Origin: Lama guanicoe
Taxonomy: Eukaryota
Assembly: GCA_013239625.1 (NCBI GenBank)
Contig: MU054323.1
Span: forward strand, 372,001-436,000
Direction: 5' to 3'
Length of the DNA stretch: 64,000 bases
Position numbers and translations under genes: made by a program. Below the pieces are notes generated by a model, which saw only the letters and a program-made list of their open reading frames with translations, was not told the DNA's origin and did not search any database. Of the stretch, positions 11,046 through 22,553 are shown piece by piece; within the stretch, counting starts at the first letter, position 1; each line of letters begins with the position of its first letter.

Positions 11046-13109
11046 TCGTATAAAGGATGAATGTCATTGGTCTTCTTTACCTACCAACGCAACATTTTAA
11101 CAAGTTAAAAGCTGAGTGTTATTTTTGTTGCCTAAAACAAAACAGGGAAGTCAGGAGGGGTGATGGATGCGTTGGGAAGGGGGGTAGGGGGGTGGGGTGG
11201 TCCAGCGGAACAGTCCCGGAAAAGGAGGTGAGTGCACTGAGTTGGCGAGATGATGACTGGGGGGTGGGGTCCCCACCTTGGTGGCTCCTACCCCTGTTCT
11301 GTGGCTACCTGAAGAGGTGGCCAGGCCAGTGCTGGTGGAAACTCCAATTTTACAGTCATTAGGGGCACAGTGGGCTGGGCAATCAGCGGAGGCTTTGATC
11401 TGGTTAACCTCGCTGGGGGTCAGGCGGCTCTGACCTCGGCTGTGTTCTTACTCTAAAGCCGCAGCCGGGTCAGCGCCCCCATTGTTTCCCGGCCTACATT
11501 AACTCCTGGGCCAGAGAACAGGGCCCGCTCCCCACCACCCGCCTCCCACCCAAGTGGGCCAGCTTTGTTCCCTCCCCATCGGCTCCCATTGTGCCTACTC
11601 ACGGGGAAAAAGCCAGCGTTCATTTCCTTACTCTAATGGCTCCATCCTCTTCCAGCCCATAAGCATTTTGTCCCTGTGACCCCAGAGGTTATTCAGACCT
11701 TTTGATCTTGCCTACCTAGAGCCTGGCTCCCCAGCTGCCATCATGGGCCTGCCCCCCACCACCCGGAGGGTGTGCCCATCGGGTGACAGGGCCCCAAGCA
11801 TGGACGAGCTTAGCTAACGGGATGGGGGTGCTTGGAGACCAGTGTGGGGCGGGTTCTTGTGGGAGGTGCTTCAGTCTTTCTCTTCCACAGGGCCCTCTCT
11901 TCTCAGAATGCAAAAGCCAGAGGGCCCTGGGGCTTCTTCCTTCTGGGAAGGGACGAGAGGGGCTTTCGCTAAAGCCTCTGATCTTCCACAGGCCCATCCT
12001 GCTCTTGGCTCCAGCACACTTCCCGGAATTCTCCTTGGCTTGTTGTCCCCGGAATGTTCTTGCCTCCCTGATCCCGCACCAATGCAATACTTCCCGTCCC
12101 TGTAAGGCAGGCAGTGACAGCCCCTTCCCCTCACACCAGGTCCCGCATGACTGTGAGCTCCTTGAAGGGGGGCACCATGTTTCCTTCCTTGTGAGACCCC
12201 TGCTCCTGTCATGTGCCTCCAGCAGGTGCCTGCATCAACGATCGGGTAGCGTGTAGACATTTTAAGCCGGGGGTAGGGTGACTTGTGATATTTTTAGGAG
12301 CTTTATAGACTAGACAGGAATAAATGTGGCTTATGGACCAAACGCTTCTGAATCAAATTCTTTGGTTGAGTGGGGGTAAAGGTATTTCAGAAGGGTTTGA
12401 GTGAGTTTTTTGAAACATCAGAAGAACTAAATCATACGCTCACTTACTCATATGAACAAATATTGAGCACCTTCTCCAGATAATTATTAAATGGCTCTTA
12501 CCGCTGGGAATGCAGAAAGGAAAAAGTATCTTAATCCCTGTACTTGACAGGTTCCCAGTCTGGTGGTGGTGACAGGTACCCAGGGAGGATGGCATGACCA
12601 TCAGGGGATATGATGACAGGTAGACCCTTATGCGTCCTGAATTCTACATAAGGAGAGAAGGGGCTGGACCTTAAAGGGAGGGGAAAGCTTATTGAGACAG
12701 ATGTAAAACGTTCACAATAATACATTTATTAAGCAAGATTGTATATCCTAGGAGAATTAATCCATTTCCTCCAAAGTGAAGAATCTCAATTCAAATTCCA
12801 ATGAACGGCTTCGAGAAAACAACACTGAAGCATCAAACAGCAAGTTAAATACAGCCTTTTCTGTCTGCCTCTAGACAGCCGGACGCACTTTACTGACATT
12901 TGTCTCTGTGCCTCTCCAGGAAATCCGGGCTCGCCCATAGGCAGCTTGCCCACCACAACTGCCTTTGCTCTGTGCCAACTCCTTAGCAATCTACCTCTTG
13001 AGCTCCCTCGGCAGTGGGGTGGAGTTTGTTGTTAGTCTATCTGCTGCTTCTTTTCAGCTCAGATTTAGTACTGTCTCAAAGGTAAGCTTAGGTTCTTTTA
13101 TTAACACAC

Positions 13110-13450
13110 CCGTTCATTCATTCATTCATTCATTCATTCATTCATATTCAATCAATAATCTGTTCTTTGTCAGTCATTGTGACTTATTCATTCTGTGAAT
13201 ACTTTACTATGTGCTTGGAACTGTGTTCGGTTCAGGAGATATAAAATGAATGCACGTGGTGTCCACCCTCAGGCACATTATTTTAATGCGGGTCACTGAC
13301 AGTTCCACCTGGGAAGTGCTGTGATGAAGGAAATCCCATGTATTAGGGAACCCTATCTGGGGGTATTCAAGGAAGACAAAACTTTGCTAGACTAGCTTAT
13401 ACTTGAACAATTCCTGAAGGTCAAAGAATTAGCCAGGTAAGGAAAAGAAG
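13110..13450 (-). mobile_element. L2 3' end with (TTCA)n tail
   Basis: (ttca)n at 13113-13146 followed by tttactatgtgcttggaactgtg...gtccaccctcagg. Confidence 0.75.
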
Positions 13451-15069
13451 TGAGGTGGAGAATCGCGTTTGAGGTCAGAAGGAAGTCGGGTTAATGAGGA
13501 AGATGCTGGGAACAGGAGATTAGAGCAGGAACCCAGGGCAGCCCAGAGTGGGCTCTGGTCCTTGTTTCTGAACGGCCCTGGGAGCACGGGCATGTGTGGT
13601 CCTTCTGCTGGAACCTCCCACTGTGTCCCGTGTTGGCTCTGGCTCTGACCACCACCTCTGGAGAGAGGTTGCCTCCTGATGCTCTGGGTACCACCTCTGT
13701 GCATGCCACTTTCAAACAGGACTTACCTTTGTCGTTTGTTAAATGCCCTAGCAACACACAGAAACCTCACCATCCTCCAAAATGCTGCATTGTCTGTGTA
13801 GATAATTTCTGAGAACATTTCTGGGCTTCAAATAGTTCTGTATTCTGTCGGGTGGCATCCTCCACCTCAACCCCCACCCCCCTGCCATATGCGGATAGAT
13901 GCCTCTGAACGTGCTGTCTGGATCTGAAGCAAAAAGATAATTATTTGCCTTTCTCATAAGGAAAAGCTAATTACTAGAAGGAATCCCAGCATAATTACAC
14001 AGTTAGGCTTTGTGTCTTTGTACACATCGCTTCCTGACAAAGATGTCCCGGTTAGCCTGTAGCCATTTGGAGGAGGAGGGGGCGATCATTTCTGGTTCTT
14101 TCCATCTTTCCCACCCTGTTGCCTGTCCCTGACTGATGGCCCTGTAAGGCAGGTAAACAGAGTTAGGTGCCTGGGTGACAGGACACAGAGTGTAGTCTCC
14201 ACAGTAACCCTCTAAGGGAGTCACGGGGTGTTCCACAGGTGTGTCTTGGTGCTCAGGGAGGCACGTCACTTACTTGGGGTTTCCTAGACCCCTTGGCCAC
14301 ACTCCCTGTGCTGCTCGGAGTCCCTTTGCCTATAAGAGTTAGAGCTGAAATTCGAAGCTAGGTCTCTGGTTGGAAAGTTTGCCCCTTTCCCTAGGCCAAT
14401 CTCACTGCTGGGAGTTAACTTGGATGTTGGGGTGCCCCATGCAGAGTGGCAGTGTGTCCAGGAAGGGGAGGAGGAACTTGCTTCTCAGCGTGGCCAGGCC
14501 TGGCTGGCGGGCTCTGTCGGGGAGGGCAGGGCTGGGCTAGGGCTGCACCAGGGCTAGGAAAAGAGGGAACTTTTCAACGTGATTGAACACTTGCTAGGTG
14601 TTCACGGGGAGAAGTGTCTCATCTCTGATGGGGGTGTGTATCAGGGGTGTGGCCCATGGTGGGGGTGTCTCACCAGTGGACCTTCACTCTCCCAGTTCAG
14701 ACGATGACCATCTGATGGGGAGGAAAACCTCCACAAAGGAGGACCTGCAGGCCATGAGATATGTATGGTTTTCTCCACAAGGAGAAACAGGCCAGGGAAC
14801 AATGTGAGGTTATTCCAAAGCAGAGGACGGGGCAAAAAATTGAGCACAGGCCAATGTGCTCTGCCACCAGAAGTGAATCCCATATGAGGTGGGGGACATT
14901 CTGTGGAGTGAGCAGCAACCACGACCATGGTCTCCTAGACCCACTGCCATCTCTCCTCTGGAGGGGAAAGGGATCGACTGAGGTGATTTTAAAGCTTCCT
15001 TCCTGTTTTGACACTCTGTGAGTCAGCATTTAAAATATATTTAAACATTTATGATGCTGTTTGGACACA

Positions 15070-15540
15070 TCTATCGAGGACCTTAACCCCTTTGTACTCT
15101 CTGACCTAGTGATTCCGCTTCATGAAATCTTCCCAAAGGCAATCTACAAACGAGTATGCTCATTACAGCATTGTTTACACCAGAGAAACATTGGGGGCAA
15201 CCTAGAGATCCAACAAGAGGGGATTTACCAGGTCAACTGTGTTCCATCCTCACAATGGGTTTTTATACAGTTATTGAAGGCATCCTTATGAAGACTATAA
15301 AAACAGAGTGAAATGGTTATGTGGTGACATTGAGGGGTATGTAATAGTGCTTTTAGCCACGAATATTTAAAAACCCACACAGTCTCATAGAGCTGAAGAC
15401 ACAATTCTGCACAGAAAAAAAGAAAGAAGCATTCATGTTAGTCTTTGATTGATGGGACTGCTGGGGATTACAAAATTCATTTTACTTTTCTAATAGAGAA
15501 GAGAAACATTATTAATATGTTTTAAAAATTAAAATGCAAA
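15070..15540 (+). mobile_element. Ancient L1ME-type 3' fragment
   Basis: ctctgacctagtgattccgcttcatgaaatcttccc...cattacagcattgttt...caacctagagatccaacaagagggg. Confidence 0.65.
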
Positions 15541-16820
15541 CAGTGGCAACAAAGACAACAGCAAAAACTCCAGTATATGAGCCAGATGATTCTCACTCCT
15601 TTTCTGAAAGTTGGCAATTACAGTTGGGTCCATGACTAGGGGGACGGCAGCTTCTGGCCTCAGCAGAGTGCCCGAAGGAGGACAACCGTGCAAAGAAACA
15701 CTTGACACAGTGGGGGCTGGTGGGGGTTGGTGGGCGCTGGGTCCCAGCCTGGAGGGTAGGGTTTCTCAGGGAAATCAGTTCCAGGCTCTGACGGAGGCAG
15801 CCTGGGGTAACAGTGAGTCCCCGGCACCTGTCAGGACCTGCAGGACCCAGCACTGACTGACATGAAAAAAGTTGTGAAAGTCTGTCTATCCAGGGTTTTG
15901 TGAAATGTTAAAATGGCTTCACTTCCATCTTTAAACAGCTTGGTAAACAGTGGAAGTCCAGGGTTCTCACAGCAGTGCCTAGAATTTGGGTCACAGATTC
16001 AGGCTCATATCCTGCTTTGACTTCTAATTCTCTCTGAGACCTTGGGTTTCATCCATCAAAGAAGGAATTACAACGCAGATCCCAAAGAGGGAGGCACAGA
16101 GATTTCAGGGAGGTACTGTCCGCTAAGTGCCCGACTCAGAGGAAGGACTCAGCTGGCATCTGCCGATGCTTCTTGGCTGACTCTTGCTGCTTCCGCCTTT
16201 GTTGGTGAGAAAGTGTGTCTCTGGTTGTGAGCACTTGCTGTGATGATCTCAGTTTTAAATTGGCCAGTTGGATTAATGACCCGGCCTAGGAAGCCGCCCG
16301 CATTGTGTGAGCAAACACTAAATTAGTCCCACAAAGGAAATTGCTTTACTGACATCCTGCACTGACACTAGGAAGAAGGTCCCCCTCCCCCGCAGACAAA
16401 GCCGAAAGCCAATCGCCAGGGTTTCACAAGGTCTGAGAACTGGAGGCAAAACCAGCGTCTACAGTGGCCGGCAGGGCTCCCGGGAAGGGGAGTGTCTGCG
16501 CCTTCTGCTCTGGTCTTCCACCTGCCTGGCCCCAGTTCAGTGAATGGTTTTAGATTCCTTGGATGTAAGCAAAACCTCCCCAGTATTACCAAAAGGGGAT
16601 TTCACAAAGGTTGATGACACGTGTTTTCTGAGCAGATGGCTCTGAGAAGCCCTGGGAGCCCCCAAGATGACCCAGTAATCTGGAGGCTTAGATGGCGAGG
16701 ATTTGTGACTTACGAGGGAGGCTGCCGTGTCTAGAAAGACCAACCTGATTAATACCTGCCACTCCATCACGACAGTTCCGACGCTCGGAGCCTCGCTGGT
16801 GCACAGGCTTCATGGTCCTT

Positions 16821-16870
16821 ATCTATCTATCTATCTATCTATCTACCTATCTATCTATCTATCTATCTAC
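16821..16870. repeat. (ATCT)n / GATA tetranucleotide microsatellite
   Basis: About 12 atct units with one acct variant. Confidence 0.95.
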
Positions 16871-17011
16871 CATTGTATCATTTTATTTTATTTTACCTTG
16901 GTGGGGGCAGGTAATTAGGTTTATTTATTTTTAGAGGAGGTACTGAGGATTGAACCCAGGACCTCAAGCATGCTAAGCATGCGCTCTGCCACTTGAGCTA
17001 TACCCTCCCCA
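16821..17011 (-). mobile_element. Vic-1-type SINE with (ATCT)n tail and TSD
   Basis: Reverse-complement tRNA-Ala head (ggattgaacccaggacc...gctaagcatgcgctctgccacttgagctataccctcccc); 13-bp TSD cttcatggtcctt at 16808-16820 and 17012-17024. Confidence 0.92.
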
Positions 17012-20000
17012 CTTCATGGTCCTTTTTTAAAAGGTAAACTTTCTTGGGAAGGTCAGATCCTATGCTATGATTAGCAACTGCTGTAGGTCAGGTTAAAGGG
17101 GCCACGTAAGGATAGGTGCTGGCTAGGTGCTGAGAAGTAGGGCCAGGCAGAAGACCAGGAGACACCATAGACCATCCTTCCTTGATCCCCTGGGGTTTGG
17201 GTTTTATCCACTTTTAAATTTAGTGTAAGTTAAGGCCTAAAGTGAGATTATGATCAAAGTAGGAGAGAATCCAGGAGGTCATCTCTAAGGAGAGACAGGC
17301 AGGAATGGGATGGGGTGAGTGAGATGTGTGTACATGATGAACAATGTGAGGAGCGTCAGCTGTTCGCCCAGGAAATGGGTATGTTTGTGTGGCTGAGATG
17401 ACATCCAGAGCCACCTTCTGATCCGGATAGTTTGCCTTCTTAGGGTCCAACTCCTGGGAAGGAATCCAGTGATGACCCTCCCTGAGAGTTGCAGCTGTGG
17501 TCCAGGTCCTGAGCCTTCCGCCCTGCCTGTCAGCAACAGCAGGCTTCACCCACTGCCGTGGAGAGGCTGCTTCTGGTGTGCTGATCTCTTGTGGACTCTA
17601 AAGCACTGGTTGTCATAGCGTCAGGATGGACTGAAGAAAGAGAACCTGGAATTGCTGCAAGGTCGGATTCATTATCACACGGCTACGCATACACTTACAC
17701 GCGAAGCTGTCATCTCCTTGTCTGGTCCAGGTGCCCCCCTGCATGTCTGAGCCATAATTCTGAGATGGGGAGACTGAGGCTCAGTGGCAGCAGCAACTTG
17801 TTCCCTGCTGGTCCCAGAAAGAATTAAACAGAGTCTCTAAGTCTTTGTTTCCTTGACCTCCAGCCCCACGCTCTTCTCACTGTGCCCCCCGACCTCTGAT
17901 CACACCCCCAGGCAGAGCTCCTTGGCATTTCCTGCCTCGTGTGTACAATTGTGAGGATTTATTGTGGCCGGGATTTTGTTTCAAGCTTTTAATATGATTA
18001 GCAAACATCAAATATCAAAAGCTTATCTAGTAAACACCTCCCGTCCGTGCCATGGATGTTATGGTCAGCTCCGGATTGAAGTCGAGTCACATTTCAAAAC
18101 AGATGCAATTTCAAGAGGCCAGAGCAAGGCCGCCCACATCTGCTGGCTGTGATCTTTCGTGTGCAGTAAATGGCATTGTTGGAGAGCTTGGCTGTAAAAC
18201 ATCAGACTGGTCAGCAGGACCTGCTTACAATGCCTGGGAGCTTTCCGGGGGATTTTAAAAATGCAGCTGAGCACGCTGAGTCTGGGGGGCAGTCTGCTGG
18301 GGCAAGAACAGGCTGTCCGCTTAGGGCTGGGATGTCCAAATCAAATATTTATTATCTTTGACCAAAATTTAAAAGTGATACGATTAGGAGCAGCAGGGTT
18401 ACCAGGAATAATTCCAGTGCGAGCAGAGAGAGAGAGAGGGTGAGCATTTGTGAAACAAGACGATGGTGTCCTCCGTATCTCTCCACTGAAGCCAAAGGAA
18501 GTACACTTCTGTCCTTGCCCTAGACATGAGATCAAAAAAAGTTATTTTTCCTACTTGTAAGTAAAAGCGACCCATGAACCTAGGGCATGCTCAGTGTGTG
18601 TTGTCCCTCTGGTCCATGGGTATGGTGGCTAAATGCAGTGCTTTTTCTTGTACGTATCAGGACCAGAGGTTGGGGTCTGCCTGGGGCCCACTGAACTCTC
18701 CGGCTTCAGGGAGGCAGGGTGTGTGTGTGTGTTTGTGTGGACATGCATGTGCGTGGGAGAATTTGAGTGTGTGTGAGTGCCAATCACTGCAACGCAGCCA
18801 CCGCCATCACCCCAGCAGCTTTCTGTCTACTGCTCACATGGGAAGAAGGAGACACTCTATCTGGGGGACTAATGTTTCTCCGGGCGCCACAGTCCGTGGA
18901 TTTGAGTGACCCATTCCAGCTGTTCCGGTGGCAGCTCCGAAGCTGGCCGGAGCCCGGCGGGGTGGCAGGGTGGGTTAGACCGTGGAAAATGCGTTCCTAA
19001 TGGAGCAGCAGCTGCCACCGGCAAGGGCTCGGGGAGTTGGTGTAACGAGAGAAATTGCTCTTTGCTGTGAGGTCTGGCCGATTTCACCCATAAATGGAGA
19101 TTTGCTGCTTCCAACAGGGGAGGCATTTATTTGTTTGGGTTCCTAGAAGCTGATGAGGAGGTGGGGCTGACCCAGTGAGCAGGTTAGCGAGCACTCCGTC
19201 GGGAATCACTGCAATGGCGTGCTCAGGGTTCCAGCGGGGGCCGAGCTGGGCTGATCCAGGTCCCACCTGCAGTCACAGTGTTCCTGAAGATGCAGGTTGC
19301 CTGGGTCTCTCAGGATCAACCCCGGTCACTGTAGGTGCTGTGGAATCTTGGAGGGCGTGTGAACAGAGAGAGGAGGGCGGGCTCATTACAGTGGGACGGT
19401 GGAACAGTGAGACGGTTTCATCCTCAGATACAACAGCCAGTGGTTGAGGTTATTGGCATCATGACACAGGCTATTGCTCAGTTTGGTGAGGATTTCATTT
19501 TTCTTTAATTCAGTTTTCAGGGTTTTTTTTAAAAAATCAAAGTTATGCATGCATGTATTGTGAAATATTCTGCAAGTTTTCTTACGAAAGGCACATCTCC
19601 CTCCCTGTTTCCTTTTTCTCAGAGGTGGTGACTTTAACTCTCTTAGTTGACCCTCATCATCTTCCTTCTCTTCTTCCAGTGACAGATTAGTTCTTGCTGT
19701 GACAGTTTTAGGAACACTTTGTGGGCTTCCCACTACGGAAGATGAAAACTTAACTTCTTTTGTGACCGTTGCCTTTTCCAACATCTGTTGATGGAAACGT
19801 TGCCTTCCTCCCTTCTGCTACAACTTTAGGCGGGGATGAGGAAAAGGGTAGAAGAAACAGAATATGGAACCCAGACACCACATCCAAGGGAAGATAGAAT
19901 TATTTCTCAGTGAATTCTGGCAAGTGTGGAGTTTGGGGCTGAAACTATCCATGTAAAGGATGCTTGGTGCCTGCAGACTCCAAAGCCATCTGACGTCTTC

Positions 20001-20489
20001 CACCAGATAGAGAGTCTTTAGGAAAGCTGCCTGTTGGTAAAGTGTGTCATTCTTCACTTTTCTATCTCTGGTGATGCTGTGTGAAAGAAAACCTAGCTGG
20101 GATTAGAAACACACTTTCCTCAGAGCTCAGAAGACTCCGGAGAGGTATGCAGGGGGCATATAAATAATGAACGAACTATGGCAAATGCATTAGAAGTGAG
20201 CCATCTGTTCCTGCTGCAGAACAGACCCATGAAAATAAGATTCTGACCACAAGGTCCTAGAGGAGGAAAGGACCTGTTTGCATTTATGACAGGCACCACA
20301 CGGGGCCCTGTGCTTGGCATAAAAGTGGGTGCCCAAACTCCATTTCTTCAGTAAATGAAAGAGCTTGTTTTGCAGGCGAGTAAACTGACAGTCAAAGACT
20401 GAAAATGACACGCTCCAGGACCCACCATGGATTAATGGCCGAGCTGGTGGAGGATCCATGTGCCCTCCCTGCCTCCATCGTCCCCTCGT

Positions 20490-21520
20490 ACTGACTTACT
20501 GAGGACTACTCAGGCCAAGTATTGTGTTAAGCACTAAAGAGTAAAAAGCCGGAAGACCAGACTCCAAGCCAAAGGAGCTGAGTCTTGTCAGGAGACAAAT
20601 AAACAAACAATTCAGGAGAGTGTGGAGCGTACCATGATGGCATCAAACTTATGCGAAGCTACTTTGGGAGGACAGGGATGGGGGATTAATCCTGATTAGG
20701 GATTGAGGAAGGCTTCCCTGAGTAAGTGATATTTGAGCTTGATCATAAAGGAAGAACACACGTCATCTAAGACGTGTATGGTCAGCCCTTCATTATGTGA
20801 TCACGTGACAGAATGTGCAGGGACCACCGGGTGGGAAGACTCTAGAGGCCAGAGGCCGGGGGGGAGACCCGAGCACCTATTCAGGTGGGAGGTGACATGG
20901 GCTTGAACAAACGGGACAGTGGCCAGGGAACAAGAGAGGGAAGATTCAAGAAACACTTCGGCAGAAGAACTGGCACGACTCAGCGATTGGCTGGAGGCAG
21001 GTGGAAAAGGGAAGATGTAGACTGACTCCCAGATTCCTGACTCAGCTTTCCTGGATGGCGATGTCATTCACAAGGAGAGAGAGCACAAGAGATGAGGGGA
21101 TGTTTCCGGGGAAAGAGGATGAGCTAAGGTTTGAATTTGCAGTTTTGACAGATAAGAAACCTGTTGATAATGTTCAGTGGGCAGTTGGGTTTGAAAGGCT
21201 GCCAATACAAGAGAGAGCACTGAAGAGAGGTCAGAAGCTAGGCTGCCTGCTGAAGCCATAGAAGAAATGGCAGCCAGGGGCACTGAAGGTGTCTGCAAGG
21301 GGGAATCCAGAGATATAGGAGGAACGCTGTCAATGAGAGAAGAGACTTCAGGAAGGAGAGGATGGGCAGGGTGTCTAACGTAGCAGGAAAGTCTGGGAGG
21401 GAAAGGACTGATAAAGCCCTTGGGGCTTGGGAATATGGAGTTGGTGAACTTGGTGAGGGCAACGTCAGCGGGATGGTGGGTGGCGGAAGCCCTTGGGCAG
21501 CACACTTCTGTGCCATGCAG
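20490..21520 (-). mobile_element. Long L2 LINE fragment
   Basis: ttactgaggactactcaggccaag...gaaggcttccctgagtaagtgatatttgagct...gactcccagattcctgactcagc...caggaaggagaggatgggcagggtgtctaa, continuous antisense L2 similarity. Confidence 0.78.
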
Positions 21521-22466
21521 GAACTCTGTGGCCTCGGGATGAACAAGATCGATCAGTGGGCCTTGAGGTTAGCCATCTGCAATCCTGGATTCTTGGGACC
21601 CACTGAAGAACTGCCCTAGAAGACCAGAGGATGGTAAATCCTTTCCGTGGGATTCCAGCTCCGATGAGAGCCAAGCCAGTTTGGTGAAAGAATAGGGCCC
21701 ATTTCTGCTTTCTGGTGACCCTATGCCTTGGTCAATTTTTTTCCTTTTGACTCTGACTGGTATATACATGTATGAGCATCCAGTGGTTAACGTTTGCTGC
21801 TGCTTCTGGTGGAGTTCACCCAGCATGAGACGCTGCAGAACCAGAATGCAAGGATTCTGTGTGACAGAATTTATTTTAACTCAGGAGCTCTCCTTCTTGC
21901 TGATGTGAAGACAGGTAAATGGTTTTATTTCTATTCTTTGGTAAATCAATTAGAAAATCCTCTTGCATGTGTAGTCTCTAAACCTTGGAAGAGGAGCTCA
22001 CATTTATTCTTTGGCTGAGAAAAATGAATGACATAGACCTGAGCAGGGGGTGGCTATGTTATAAGGACTTCTGCTTGTTTATCTCATAAGATATTTAGAT
22101 GCCAAGTAAATAAAGGATACGTGTTTTCCACAGATTATTTCCAGATTTTCACTCATTTAATAGTTTCCATGGTGGAGGATGGGGTTGGAGAGTCAATTCT
22201 GACTTTGGCCCAAATGACACTTAAACTTTTTCCTTAAAACTCTGCTTCTTCCAAAAAACATTGGAGACAATTTGTAGTATGCATGTCAATGAAAGAAAAC
22301 TATTAACAAATTTAAAAAAAGCAAAGGAAGGATGTGAATCTCCCAGAAGGAGGAGAAAGGAAAACATAACAGGTCATTGGGCAAGTGAGGAATGCCTTTG
22401 GCTTTGAGCCTTTTGATCTTGAGGCAAGAAGCTTGGCCATCCCTGTCATAATCACAGAACATGGAT

Positions 22467-22553
22467 GGGGTGGGCATAGCTCAGTGGTAAGAGCGCATGC
22501 TTAGCATGCACAAGGTCCTGGGTTCAGTTCTCAGTATCTCCATTAAAAAAAAA
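22467..22553 (+). mobile_element. Vic-1-type SINE, short form (tRNA head + A tail)
   Basis: ggggtgggcatagctcagtggtaagagcgcatgcttagcatgcacaaggtcctgggttcagttctcagtatctccattaaaaaaaaa. Confidence 0.88.

Noticed and set aside
21885..21914. Additional + strand exon candidates (21885-21914, 49791-49875, 59861-60023, 60794-60827)
   Set aside because: One splice site is weak in each; this many are expected by chance in 64 kb
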